60,000 bases of DNA from Lytechinus pictus (lineage: Eukaryota). Position 1 is the first letter of the stretch. Each line of letters opens with the position of its first letter. A program made the position numbers and the translations under genes. Shown piece by piece: positions 1 to 13,985 of this stretch. The stretch is taken from NCBI RefSeq assembly GCF_037042905.1, contig NC_087251.1, positions 18,912,001-18,972,000 on the forward strand. Reading direction: 5' to 3'. Under the pieces are notes generated by a model. That model searched no databases. It had not been told where the DNA came from and saw only the letters and a program-made list of their open reading frames with translations.

Positions 1-169
1 TGTCAACTGGGCTGAAATTAAAATTTTTTAAATTTTTGTTGCAAGATGCCGGATGAGCTCCACATCATTAATGTGCTAGTTTTATTTGTTATTCTTACAA
101 GGATATAAATTACAATCCTAGTACAATTTTTAATCTTTATTTTGTATTATATTCCTTTACATCTTGCAG

Positions 170-3100
170 TATGAAAATGAGAAACCTGCCATAACAGCCT
201 TGTCCACTAACCCAGATGCTAAAGTGGAAGTGAAGAGACAGACTACAGGTTAGTGTCAAAATGATATCAGTCTTGATGTGATTCAAAATTAGAATCACTA
301 AGGCCTTGTTCATACATAGCAACAGCAGCATTTTTTCGAGAGCATTCAGACTTGGCAATGCTTGTGCCCTAAATCTCTATGTAGACGGGTACTTATTGAT
401 TTTTTTAATTTGATTGGTCCACTGATTTTTTGTTGCTAGTTGAACAAATCATAATTGTGATATATATTTCACTATTTTTAGTGGATCATTCATATGTGCA
501 AAATAGTACAGATTTCCCATATTTTTGTACGTAAATCAAATTTAAAGTATGCTTTTACACGGTAAAGTACGGATACAGGTATATAAAAATTCAATTTTGT
601 GACTTGTGTTGCGTCCGTGTTAGTCATTTATATTGTGATTGTTTTGTGTTACCTTCTGTATTAGCATGGAAATGTGCGTCCTAGTTATAATCCTTGATCG
701 TTTTTCGTAATCCACATTAATTTTATATCTTTAGGAAGTAATTTATTTTTCCAATGACCGTTTTATTTCTTGCCTCCGTCTCTGTTGAAGACAAGACAGG
801 AATGTGGCCTTGCTGCCACCGCAATCGCCGCCACAGCTTAGCCGCAAAGTGCTTATGAAATGGGACTTTTTGGCCATGTGGAAAAACACAGATTTTTTAA
901 ACCATAATACTGATTTTTAGGTGGAAGAATACTGAAATTTAAAATACGACTTGGCAGCTCTGCATCATATCCCATTGACAGCCGTAAAGAAAATATTCCT
1001 AAGCTATGTTGGTGAAACTTTGTGATTCCATATGTCTGAAAAATCTTACTCATTGATGATGCTAATACACTCATCTACATACCTGGATATCAATATATTA
1101 GATAATAATACATTAAATGTATGAATTTATGAAGCTAATTCATATATCTTAATATGGTTATATGTACATCCCTCTTCATCTCTTTTTAGCTGGAAACAGA
1201 ATGCTTGAGCACTACATGAGAAAGGAAGGCATCATGGAGGGAGGCAGTTCAAAGGTCACAGTATCACCTTCCATGGCAGTCAGACTTGGAGCTGTACCAG
1301 TTGGAGGTATGCAGGACATTTTGATAAATATTTGTTTTGATATGATATGTGATTCTTAGAAGTGATTTGAGATAACTTGTAACCCTGATTTAAGTCTTGT
1401 TAAACATGGTGCAACAGTCTGCCACAATTTAATGTTTATAGTGTTCAGACACCATTTAGCATAGATTAATGAACATGCACTTCATTTTGTCTAAGGTTGC
1501 ATGGACTAACTCATGGTATTATATTTTGCACTTACATGTAGATTATAAGAATTGTTCGGTCAACATTATTTTGTACTCAGGCAGCCTCCACAACACTTTT
1601 GGTTGCCTCATATCTTATTGATTTCGTACCAAAAAAAGTTATTGAGCTTTGTTGGTGGGCCATGTGTTTTCAAAGCTTTAGATTACTGTGCAAATTCTGA
1701 CTTTTTTAGGACAAAAATTTGGCATGTATTGTCTCCAGTATTTGCTTCAATGTATGCGATCAAGAACCTAATGGAATAGGGACCTGTATCATAAAAGATG
1801 CAATCAGTTGTACAATAAAGCGTAAGTGTGAGTCTCTGATAAACCATACAAACAGTTACAATCAATTCAGTTGTAAATATTAAGCATAAAGTCAGCCCCC
1901 ATGTATGACAAGTAGGACCGACTGAATAATATGATCTTGTCCTTATCAATGATGGATGTTCTTTGAATCATTTGGCACTAAGGACCATATTTTCATTGTA
2001 TGTGTGTAGTGTCTCGTTAACTGGTAGTTAAAATTATGACTTGTGTTCGTTTCGAAATGTAATGAACTACTAAATCATCAATCTGTGTCTATATCACATT
2101 ATTTTGTTAAAGATTTCTGTTGTATTGTAATGACACTCTTTACTATGTCCATATGCTGATACCAGTACATTCAAATGTTTATAGTAGGGAGAAATGTCAG
2201 AGCTGCAATCTACTTCAATGGTTTATCCCATCAGAATACATTCTACCATGTGTTGTAGATAGTACCTTTTTGTGATGTGATGTGTGAATAGCAACTCTAA
2301 TTTCATTAACACTTTGGCTGTGTGTGTTGTGATGACCTTTATTAAGAGGGAAGACTTAACAGTTAGTTGCTGTGTATTGATTTGGTTCTTTTATTAATGA
2401 TAAAGGTGTGAAGAAGTTGTTCTTTGTATCCTAAAACACATATCCTGTTTGTTATTGTCTTGTGCAGTGGACAAGTCTGAGGAGACATTGAGCAGTGAGT
2501 TCACTCTAATGCTCTATTTGTTATAGTATTTAATATGTTTAAGAAGAATGAAACCATCGGGGTCTCTTTTATTATAAATATCAACAAAAATAAGCTATGG
2601 AAATTCGAAATACTTTAAGGCAATCCTCAAATTGACAAGTGGCTTTGAATTTTGAATGGCAGTTTCTTCTGGAGAACTTCATACATATATATGATTTGGA
2701 CATAAATTTTGTATTTAAAGTTATTTCTAAAAGATGCTGCAAGCTTGAACTCAACGTGTTTTGTTAAAAAAACTCTCCCATGAAGAAAGATACAAGTTTC
2801 TAAATTCTATTCTATATGCAATTGAATGAAAACAAAGTTTGCTTAAAAAAGTAAAAAAGGTTTTGTCATTCTTATCATATCTGTTGTCATGGTATTATGT
2901 GAATGCTGTGTTTTAGCATGGTGAATGCTAGCATTTGCAGGTAGATTTTGTCATAAAAATATCATTAATTATTACTGTTAATTGTTTATTCTAACTTTGA
3001 TGACATTGATTTAGCAGGTTCTTTATATTCTGGCTGGTAAATTTCATGTAGATGTGTCTGTGCAAGTTGATCTCTCATAAGTTCACTAATTGACCAAGTA

Positions 3101-5551
3101 AAAGTAAGTTTTCAGACTAGATTATGCAAAGTTTATTTGCCTCTTGTAGGTTAAATTATTCCATTAAAAGCGTTGATGAGATTTCTATGGTTGCAAGAGA
3201 TTGGCATGTCTCTCTTTTTTCAATTGATAGTTCTGCTTGTCTGAATCAATCATCTTGCCGATTATTGCAGGTACAAAGAAGGCATCCTCAGGGATTTTAG
3301 CAGACACTGCAGAGGTGATTCCAGTGAAAAGACCACGTATGGTGAAGCCGGAGGAGGAAGGGAAGTATTTGATCAGCTTACCTAAAGGAACCACACCCAA
3401 AACCATGAAGATCATGGAGCAGAAGCAACAGAAAAGTTAGTTCACTCAAAAGGGTTTTATTCGCTATGATTTTATTTTTATGGAGAAAGCATTCTAGTAG
3501 TCTAATAGATAGGCCAGAGGACTTGGTACAGTATAGAGTGATGCTTGTAGCCTAAATCTTTCAAGGGGCGCTATCTCTATGAAATGCATTTATACTTATA
3601 TGAAAATCATCTGTTTGCCCAAAAGGAAGTTGTCTAGAATGGAGAAAGAGTCAGTATTCTATTATTATAGCTAATATATTGTCAGAAAGACTAAGAGTAA
3701 AGTCTTTTTTTTTTCAAGTTGCACTATAAAGTGCATATCATCATTGTTTAGTATTCAGAGTATCTTCTTTTTATTGTTTATCCTTGATATTTCTTTTGAT
3801 AAATCTTTTGTATAATTCTTGGTCGGATTTGTATGGTTTCAGTAAAACATTTTCCCATTTGTAACACCACAAGTTTGAAATCATAGAAGTACACAAATTG
3901 TAACGTTTTATTATTTTTTATATTTCAGCATCTGAAGAAGACCAGAAATCATCAGTTTTCGCTCGTCTAGGATCAGGATCTAGCCCAGCTCCTCAGCCGA
4001 AGAATGTAGAAACATCACCAGCAAAGGTATATGACTATGTAGATCTACTCCAGATGATTACAAGTCATGTAACCTTGTGCACTAAATGTCAGATTTATTA
4101 TTGTGGAAGGATTTCCACACAGCTGTATTTATATCAGCATAGCCTATTACATAGTACTACTATTATGACTATAGTGCTTTTCATGCCACCCATGAAACTG
4201 ACATGTAAAACGTAGTATATCTTATTTCAATCATTAGGGACCATAAAAATTTGTTCAACTTAGGCAAAATTCAAGTTTAGAAGTGAAAGTAACACATGCT
4301 TTGCTCAATCTGGTTTGAAAATTTCTTCAACTTGGGTGAAATTTTAGACTTGGGGAAGGTCAACTTATGCAGAATTAACTGTTTGTTTGCCATTTTCTTT
4401 TTGTTTAACTGATTGTTACTTGGCAAAAGGGTATAGGTTTTTATGAAGTCTTATTTGGTTTCATATTACAAAAATACCATGGGATTTTCAGTTGTGAATT
4501 TTAGTAAATTTTATTTTATATCATATAACTGAACATTTTGTCATTTTCTTGTTCTCTGTTTCTGTAGACTCCTGGAGGATCATCTGTGTTTAATCGTTTA
4601 GGTGGCCAGCGTAAAAGGGTCATCTCAGATTCAGAACCAGTTGAATATCAAGGTGTGCTGAAATCACTTTCCTCTTCATCCCTTTCGACAACCCCTAGTA
4701 CTACCACCATCAAAATAACAAAACCTTCACCAGTGGCAAAACCAGCATCAGTGAAAGTTACCTTGGGTGCTTCTAAGTTGGTTTCTGCAATGCCAGAAGC
4801 AAGTCTCCAGACGAGGTTAGGGAAAAAGTCTGTGGTGGCAACGCACGTGACCACTACTTCTGCTGGTGCAAAGAATGTCATGGCAAGACTCGGTGCACCA
4901 ACCGGAAAACTTAAAGTAGTGGAGACCCCTACTCCCAGTACTAAACCAAAGGTGACTGTGACTCTTGGAGGAAAGAAGGTGGCAACCAAAAGGTCAGCTA
5001 TGGATCGCCTTGGTGTACAGAAACCAGAGATATCTACAACCACTCACATGGATTCGTTTGGGGTGAAATCAAAGGTACAGGATCGCCTAGGAGAAGCAGA
5101 CACAGTGACAAGGACAATGGCAAAAGGGACTGTCAAATTGGCTTCAGCAAAACCTGTAGTGAAGAAATCAATGCAGGCCAGACTTGGTGCACCGACCGAT
5201 GCTTCAAAGGTCAGCACCGTTAAGAGAGAACCTGTTGTGAAACAAAGTGTGACAGTAACCTTGGGCGGGAAGCCAACTGCCATGCAGAAACGGCTTGGTA
5301 AGACAGTACTTGGAGCATCCAAGGGTGTAGCTTCCCCTGTCTCATCCAGCTCAAAAGTAATGAAGAGACTTGGTGCTCCTGTAGGGTCACAGAAGAAATC
5401 AGCCATGAAGGATAGGTTAGGTCTGATGAGAGCAGAGGCTTCATCCACTACACCAACCATCACTGTTACAATGGGTGGGCCAGGATCTATGAAGAATAAG
5501 ACTGCTAGTGCTATGTCAACAAACGTATTCAGTCGATTGGGAAAATCATGA
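170..5551 (+). CDS. C19orf47: C19orf47-like protein, 3' exons (gene starts upstream of window)
   Basis: GT-AG exons in continuous frame: 170-248, 1190-1306, 2468-2494 (27-nt mini-exon, less certain), 3271-3435, 3929-4026, 4568-5551(TGA). Peptide KRPRMVKPEEEGKYLISLPKGTTPKTMKIMEQ and repeated SVFxRLG motifs ending in VFSRLGKS match my recollection of C19orf47-family proteins. Confidence 0.8.
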
Positions 5552-6604
5552 GCTCTTTCAACCATTTTGTTTAATTTTTATAGAGGAGTCTATCTAATTA
5601 CAAAAACAGAAACTTTATCATATATGTCTGACTTGATGTTGAATAGCTTAGTTTTGGGTAGAAAAAAGTCGCTGAAATAAAAGATTGCTGTGAATAACCA
5701 TTTATGAAAATCTTATATTTCTCAACCTTCCCTATCATACACAATACAACTGTTGTCTTTGGCTGTGTACCATAGAACTTGTGGCTGTATTTATGTACAG
5801 TTGTGATATATCTTTTCTGTATTTTATTTCCAAGTACTAGTAATATGCATGTATCTTGCTAATACTTCTATTTTATAGCTTTATGAAAATAATGAAATAA
5901 TAGGATATAGACTGTAAAATTTGAAGTTGAAATTGTTACCCAGCTTTACAGTAATTGGATATTGCAAAACTCAAAGAGAGCTAAGAAGTGTATTCTTAAT
6001 GTAAATTGTTCAAGCTCTCCTGTGATATATGACACCAGAGACTGCAAGGCTTTGTGAAAAGTTTTTATAACTTTGAATTTTACAGTCTAAAACCTAGATA
6101 TTTCATAGGTCTAGCAAACAGATTAACAGAGGTATTTTGGAAGAGAAGTGCAGATGAAAGATGTAACTGAAACAAAAATAGTAAAAACATGTGAATATCT
6201 GGGATTCTGGTCAGAAAATCATACCTACAGTCACACTTTTTATGGGGAAGACAGAGAAATACATTTTTTCTACTTAATTCTTCAGAATAGACAGTTATTT
6301 CTGTCTAATATTTGAGAGCCTTTGTTGATATGGATGTATCTGGAGAATGACTTCAGACATTTATTATGGCTACCTGTTTTATAAAAAATATTTTGAAAAT
6401 CTGGAAATCAAGAAAGCTTTGTACAGCTCATGTGAAATGTCAGAAACTTCTTTGAAATATGACATGAAATTCTCCATGCATCATTGTGAAGATCAAATAT
6501 TTTAGAAAAGATAACTCAATATTGTATAGTTTTGTGGGATGTTTTTGTTTAAAAAAAATCAAAATATTTCTTTGATTTGATTTTTTGAATATTTTTCTGA
6601 CCTG

Positions 6605-6638
<34 letters not shown>

Positions 6639-7627
6639 GGGGGGGGGGTCATATTTCAAAGAATGATTTACCTACAACATACAAGATTATTCAATAGAAA
6701 ATTGCACTTAACATTTATAATGAACTGATGCTTTGAAGGGCTAAAGTTGATTCCAATCCAAGTTGATAAAATATGTGATTCTGAGCATTTAACAGTTAGT
6801 GCTTTTATTTTTACTTTGACTTTATCTAGTACAAGATATGGATAATTATACATACTGTTAATGTGTCAATATAATTTTGTACATTCTTGAATCTTGCATC
6901 TTAAATTTGAATATTGGAATTGTTTGCATCAATTAGACTTATTAAAGTATGGTTAGGAGACTTATCAAAGTTGTAAGTTGATCATGAACTGTAACTAGGC
7001 ATCCTTTGATGATCTGGGTTTCCTGGGATTTCTCAAACTAGTAAGACTTAATTTGTATTTGATGGTGTTTGCCTTTTATTTTTTCTTATTCTTTTAAAAT
7101 TAGTTTGCTTTTATTTTGTAATTCATTATTTTTATTGACTTTGTGTTTTTGTAGACAATTTGATGCATACTCTTCATGCAACTTTTATCATGTTTTATGA
7201 TTTGAACCGAAAATTGGTTTGAAGCCTATACTATCTGCTTTTTAAAGTATTAGATGGACAAACAAAATGATTAAGATTAACATCATGAATACTTGAAGAT
7301 GCAAAGACCAAGCTATGAAAGAAGAAGAAAAAAGACTGGAGTTAAGAGTTTTTAAAATAATTAAGAAAAAAAAATGTTTTCATACAACTTTTTTTGTTTT
7401 CTGATGATACAATTTCTATCTACTTGATCTGTCAATGTACTTTCTGTCCTTATTTTCCTTTTAAATAAATGGAATACAACTAAGTAGTTTTATATTTTTA
7501 AGATAGAGTAAGATACAAAAAAGCACTTTTTCAGACTTGCCCTGTAAAAATCACATTTCTGGAACTATCTTTCTTGTACATTGTAAAAGTAATTTTATGT
7601 AAGCATTCTAAACTTGCAATACATATA

Positions 7628-7856
7628 CAGTTGTGCTCAAAAGTTAGTGAACCCTACCACAAAATGAACTCCTTCATGCAGAGTGTTGAATGTAGACAAC
7701 ACTACAATGTTCGGTGAGCCTGGAGACGCAAAACTTTATTGAATGTAATTATTTTATCACCGGACTTCACAATCAAATATTTAAAATATGGCAGAACTTG
7801 AACACTTTAAATATGTTAATTTTTTGGTGGGGTTCACTAACTTTTGAGCACCACTG
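7628..7856. mobile_element. Tc1/mariner-type MITE (229 bp)
   Basis: TA|CAGTTGTGCTCAAAAGTTAGTGAACCC ... GGGTTCACTAACTTTTGAGCACCACTG|TA: 27-bp TIR with one mismatch, TA target duplication. Confidence 0.9.
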
Positions 7857-9273
7857 TATGTGCATTTTGCATATGTAAGTTTGATTTGATTTCATCAATT
7901 TTTATGACCAATTTGATTGCTGAACAACATGTTGACCTGCATTCATATAAGAGGTTGAAATTATCGATAAGTGATCGACTGTTAGTGTTGACACCCTCTT
8001 TTGTTCTTGAAGTGCACCAAGATATGCATAAACAAGCAGACATTGCCCACACATACTTTAATAGATATTAAATGAAAATAACTAAATTGGATTGAGTGTG
8101 TGTACAGGCATAAAAGCTTTTAAAAGGAGATGGTTTAACTTCTTTTGTGAAGATAGATCAATGTTTAAGGTCATTTGCTATGAATTTTGCCTCTTAGAAA
8201 TTCAGTAACATTTTATCTATTCTTGAGAGAAATATTCCCTGATGAACTAGGTTTCTTAATTCATGTCATACATGTAATTGGCAAGCAATTCCTTAGTATT
8301 TTAAGTTACATTAAAATACATGAGAAAAAAGGAACAAAATTGCAGTTTTATATTGCTTTTATCTTTTGACCATACTGGACTGGAATATCAGAATTTTTAT
8401 TAACTCCCCAAATGGTGACTTTGAATAATGAAAATATATTATGGCATAGTTGACTAATTTTTGTTAGATGACTTATGTCTTTTTCTACTCATGAAAACAG
8501 TTTCATAATTCACCAATTTCATCAAGCATATACATCTGACCCCCTTGTTTATGGGATTTTTCTACTGAAATGTTTTGTCTCAGTTTACTAATTTACATGA
8601 AAATTGTAAAGCGATCAAATTATCACGGCTTAAGCAGTTCATGAAGATAAATGAAATTTGGGGTTGGACTTACAAAATTTTTATTTTTATGAAGAGTTGC
8701 CCAATTCCAGTGTTATTGACTGATGTTGGTAAACGATCAATTCGTGTTCATATTTATTTGAAAGTAGAAAATAGAAATCGCGCATTCAGTGAAGCAAAGA
8801 GAGAAAAAATAAAGAACCACTTTGTCTATGAAAGAAGTATCTGATTTATTTTTTTTTCTTCAAGTGTCTGAGTAAACTGAATATTCAATCAAATACATGT
8901 ATGTTAAGGTTGAATGTCAAGTAACACAATTCATATAACTGCCAAACCAATAGTGTGATTCAAAAATATGTTTTTTTTATTGGTTTATACCTTGTACAAT
9001 AAAATTGAAGGACACATAAATCTTGAAAACAGAAGATTTCACTTTTTAACTGTATCTTTAACCCTCCAGCATAAACTGATAGTGAGTCACAACTCTCACT
9101 TATATAATTTGTTGAATTGTGTTGGAAAGAGAAGATCAATATCCTTAAAGATGATGTAGCTACCTGTCATTGTGAAGAAAAGTGTTTTCCAAAGTTTCAA
9201 TATTGAATGTGAGAGTCAAACATACATGTATAGGGAGAGAAAATGGAGGATGTTTCACTTCCAATCATGCTTA

Positions 9274-9826
9274 AGGGGGGGGGGGGTGTTCACTCATAAG
9301 TTGGTTTTTAATAAAGGCATGGAAAATAAAGAAAAATATCAGTGAAATATTCGATAAAAATAAATCAAAGAATAAGAGTTATTGATTTTTAAAGATATAA
9401 TTAGTGACATCATATGTGAGTAGCTTCCCCATATACAATGTAATATATAATCTATGAATTCCCAATTTTCAATAGAGCAATGATCTATGAATAAAAATAC
9501 TTTTCTAGAAGGGGTATGAAATGATTGTCTGATATATCCACCTCCCAAATAAAATCACATTCAATTATTTTAGAAAATGGCATTTAAACAAATTTATATT
9601 TCACGACATATGGAGGAGCTGCTCGTCTGTGACATAAACTCTTAAACTAAAAAAAAAAATCACAACGCTGTTATTTTTGATGGATTTTCATCAAACGATC
9701 ACCAATTACACATTTTTTGGCGTTTTTATTGAAAAACTTAATGATAGAAGGTATTTATTAAGCGCATAGTAACTAGTATAGTTCTTTAAGTGCTAAAAAC
9801 AAACTTAGTGCAGGGTGAACCTCCCT
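9274..9826. mobile_element. Degenerate copy of the TTAA-flanked MITE family seen at 11734
   Basis: Left TTAA-GGGG..GTGTTCAC, right CAGGGTGAACCTCCCT-TTAA; internal similarity to 11734-12154 in opposite orientation. Confidence 0.55.
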
Positions 9827-11733
9827 TTAAAAGTCGCATGCAGTATCTTACAGGGAACCTCATTGATGACTACATTGATGTCCTTTGAGCATGGTCTCAC
9901 CAATGCCGTTATATAACGCACAAACTGAGTATTTTAGTGTAATTTTTTTAAACAATTCTCTGTGAAACACTGGGATCTTTCAAGCAGGCACACCGGCATC
10001 AACGTCCACAGAAAACTTAAGATGAAAAATTGTCGAGCTGAAACTTGGTGCGACCTCATATTTTTAAGTTTAACATTGTATATTCAATGAGATATTGCTT
10101 TTCCTCAAAGATATCTTGCGGGATAGGGTCAATTTCTAAAAAAAATTATGTGCTATAATGGGAACAGGTTGATCAAACTGCAAAATGCAATTTGAAAATC
10201 CTATCTGACCCTAAAATTATATATAAAAAGTGATTGAAGATCTTTAAGAAAAATTTTTTCAGTCAATACAGCTAAACTCTCACTGCAACTTGCACATCCA
10301 ATAAAAAAAACACAAGAACAGAATCATTTGATACTTTTTGTTTATTGGTCTGATTTTGTTTGATCTACTTGCACAAGGTAGCTCAAATATGAAATGCACA
10401 TAAACATTCAAAATCTATAATATTGATGACGAATCAAAAGTCCTGAATTAAAAACAAAATGAAATTGTTTCCCTGTAAAACTACATCTACAGTTCTTAAC
10501 ACGTATCCTGTCATACTAGCCTTCTAGTAAAAATTTGTTGACCTGCATAAGTATAATTAGCTTGAATAACACTTTACTTTTTACCACAGAAATTGTATTG
10601 AACCCTGAATTGAATCAATATTACTGAAATATACATATAATCAATCAATAATTTAGAATATAATTGAAAGCAAACAAATCATGTATGTTGAATGTACGTA
10701 CAAGTCAAGTGTAATTGCAACATGCAAAAATTGAATATTTGATTCATTTGGATAATTCATTTAAGATACTTTAATACATTGACAATCAATATACATTTCT
10801 CCATGCTTCAAAAGCTAGTATGTTTTCTTGGCTCTTTATTGAATAAACTTGTGTACTGAGTAAATGTTCTTTTTGGACAACTTGAAATTTTGCCAGGATA
10901 ACTTGACATAGCAAGTAATGTATACGAGTTGAATTCTACACGGTAATACATTGCCCAATGGAAACCATCATATTTGACTAAGGATTCCAATTTGTGTTAT
11001 ACAATTATTGAAAAACAGGTTTTTAAAATCATTTTTTTATTCCAAAATTCTGAGTAAAAATGAGTTAATGCGAGGAATGTATAGAAGTCTCGAGAGAATA
11101 ATTAGATTATAAACTTTATCATACTGTTGGTGAAAATTGATTTAATAATCTGAATTGAAACTATTACCAGATTTTACCCAGTATACTTTGATTTTACTAC
11201 ATACATGAGAAATTTCAATCTCATTCCTTTACTTCAAATTAAAGTTCATCTATTACAGCCAGTAAATATTCATGCAGTTCATTTCATGCTGATGCTGCAG
11301 TTCAGTAAAGAAAAAGAAAAAAAAAATCAAATATACACAATGGATTGTATAATACATTAACAACACTGGTTTAAGAACATCAATATTAAAAAAGTAATCG
11401 AGCATATATAGAAAATAGAGCTAGGGAAAATATAAATATTACATTATCAAATACAGTAATCTTGCTATAAACACTGGAATAATGAGCTGGCAATTCTTTG
11501 AAAATACCTGTCATTTTGAAATACAGTATCAAAAAGAAATTGATACTAAAAAGAACATATCTTGTATATTATTGATACTAAAAAGAAATATTAATATTCG
11601 TATCTCATAGACTATAAGTTGGAAAATACTTGGTGCTGAATAATACAGGTAAAATTTTATGAATTAAAAAAGACTTATAATGAAGAGTGGATTCTATCTA
11701 CACAATCAATCTTAAATTGCTAGCTGGCCTTAA

Positions 11734-12154
11734 AGGGGAAGTTCACCCTGACGAAAACTTTGTAGTAAAAACAGCAGAAAAAATAATGAAAAACACTTGA
11801 TAAAGAAAGTTATTAGAATTTCAATTTTTTGATTTGTGACGTCATAAACGAGCAGCTAACCCATATGTTATGTAATATAAAATGCATAAATTAAATTTTT
11901 TTTAGGCCCATGATGACTTATAGGAGCTGGTGTGAAATCATTGATGTATTAGTATATGGAAGGTACAATAAAAAACATCACTTTTCTGAGAAAATGACAT
12001 TTCATTGATTTTTTTACCATATATGTAGGAAAGCTGCTGGCACATGACATCACAAATGTTATTCTTTGATGGATTTTCCTCCAACCTTCAACAATATTTT
12101 GAATGATTTTCTTGTTGCTATTTTTGCAATAAACTTTCAGGGTGAACTTCCCCT
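11734..12154. mobile_element. Kolobok-like MITE with TTAA target duplication
   Basis: TTAA|AGGGGAAGTTCACCCTGA ... TCAGGGTGAACTTCCCCT|TTAA, perfect 18-bp TIR; RR termini plus TTAA TSD fit Kolobok. Confidence 0.85.
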
Positions 12155-13254
12155 TTAATAAAACAGAAATGTATATAATTTGAATTAATAAGATAATATG
12201 GTCTAACTGGTGTGTGTTTTGATCCTCGGCATAGGAAGATACCAATTTTCATGAAACACAAAATTTGCATACGAAATGTAATCCTGTTACTTACAAAGTT
12301 AGATTTCATGTAAAATGTTTGTATCTTGCCTAGCCTTTATGTGAGGAAACTATTATAAGCTGAACCCTTTCTTTCCATCAGTTATCTACTTACAATTGTG
12401 AGATTGTAGTTTATCTCTATGGTAACAGAAAATACATAAAATGTAACCATTTTCACAGAACGAAAAAAAAATCCTGCATTATTAAAATTCTCATTAACAT
12501 GTTGCAATTCCCGATTGTACAAGTTTCAATTATTCCAAGGTTTTGGGTATTAAAATGTCAAATTTGTTTGTTTCTACTACAAATATGACCTGAAGTGATT
12601 ATTTTTCCAAAGTGAAACTGCCACATTACTAGCAAATTGTAGAAGGAATTAAAACTTAACTGCTAAAGATATGTTGTCCTAAAAGCCAAGGTGAAAAGAA
12701 CAAATACCATAAAAGAACATACATCAATATCACAGCAACTCGTGCACACAGAACTGTTCTGTTCCATTTCAAATGAAAATACAATTACAGACTGATGAAT
12801 TAAAAATACACTTCTAAATTCTAATAACTATGATCTTAAGATGGATTGCGCTTATGCAAGTAAAAATATAATCTGAAAAAATAAAGTCATCGTTGTGTAT
12901 ATGTTTGCATAAATGAATATCAATATGTATTGGAATCTTTAGAAAGCTAACAATGAGAAAACCATCAACTGACCTCATTTGAATAAGATTCATTTTAATA
13001 TCTGCATATAACCACACCTTTAATTACAATAAAAAAAATGTCAATTGAGAAAAATACTCCTGAAAAAAGCCTAATAAAATCTTCAGTATTATCAATATAT
13101 CATTCCCCAAAAAAAGTTCCTACCCACCAAATTGAGCTGCAAACATGGTTGTGTCTTAGGTCTTCAAACTTGCACCAAATTTAACAGAAGTTTAAGTGTT
13201 TTGCGATCTAAATACAGTGTCTCAGCAGGCCTTCAAGATAATTTTGGAGTAAAA

Positions 13255-13985
13255 ATGAGTTCCAACAAACATCAGTTACCGGTACATTCACCAGAGAAGT
13301 CAAGGCCGGCCACGCCGAATAAGGCGAGTGTGAAAGAGACTCAGTTCCAGGGCAGTTTGTCAAGCGAACTGCTCAGCCAGCAATCCGCTCAACCATCGGA
13401 CAACCCACCAATGTGGTTTGCCCTATTTCTCAAAAAACTAGAGTCCCGTTTTTTTTTCATCTCAAAGGTCAGATCGAGTCACGCATTGTGAAGAAGCTGA
13501 AGATGAAACAAGCCTAAAGACAGCTGAGAATGACAACAGAATCACGGACTGTACCATACAGCTGAATGATTTAGTGTCTGAGGTGAAGAAATTAAAACAG
13601 GAAAAGTTGGATATGACTTGGAAAATAGATCAAGAAGTAATAACCTGGTCTTGCATGGAATTCAAGAGGAGAATTGTGAGGTGGTGCAGGAGTTTATCCG
13701 GGATTTTGTTGGCCTTTCTCCTAGCCAATATTCAATCAAGCATTGTCATCGTACTCCCACTAGGTCTACCAAACCAACAAGCGATCAGCAGAAGCCAAGA
13801 TTCATAAACGTCGCATTATCCAACTTTGCTGGCAAGGAGAGAGTTTGCAAAGCATCCATTTCAAAGCTGAAACAGAGCATGTTCAAAGGTAAGAAAATCT
13901 TTGTCTCTGAAGATTTTTCCATGCATATTAATTAGCACAGAAGAGAAAATCTACATAAGTTGAAAAATCTCAGAGAAGTCAAAAA
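13255..13985 (+). pseudogene. Frameshifted LINE ORF1 (L1-type coiled coil + RRM + CTD)
   Basis: ATG 13255, coiled-coil-like stretch, then ENRSRSNNLVLHGIQEE...HCHR...KPRFINVALSNFAGKERV...KKIFVSEDFS, typical L1-type ORF1 motifs; several frameshifts/stops; no ORF2 follows. Confidence 0.85.

Noticed and set aside
4648..5565. Minus-strand ORFs of 131 and 173 aa
   Set aside because: Antisense shadows of the C19orf47-like last exon.
6607..6648. T-run followed by G-run; poly-Lys ORF 6440-6652
   Set aside because: Homopolymer; no TSD or coding evidence.
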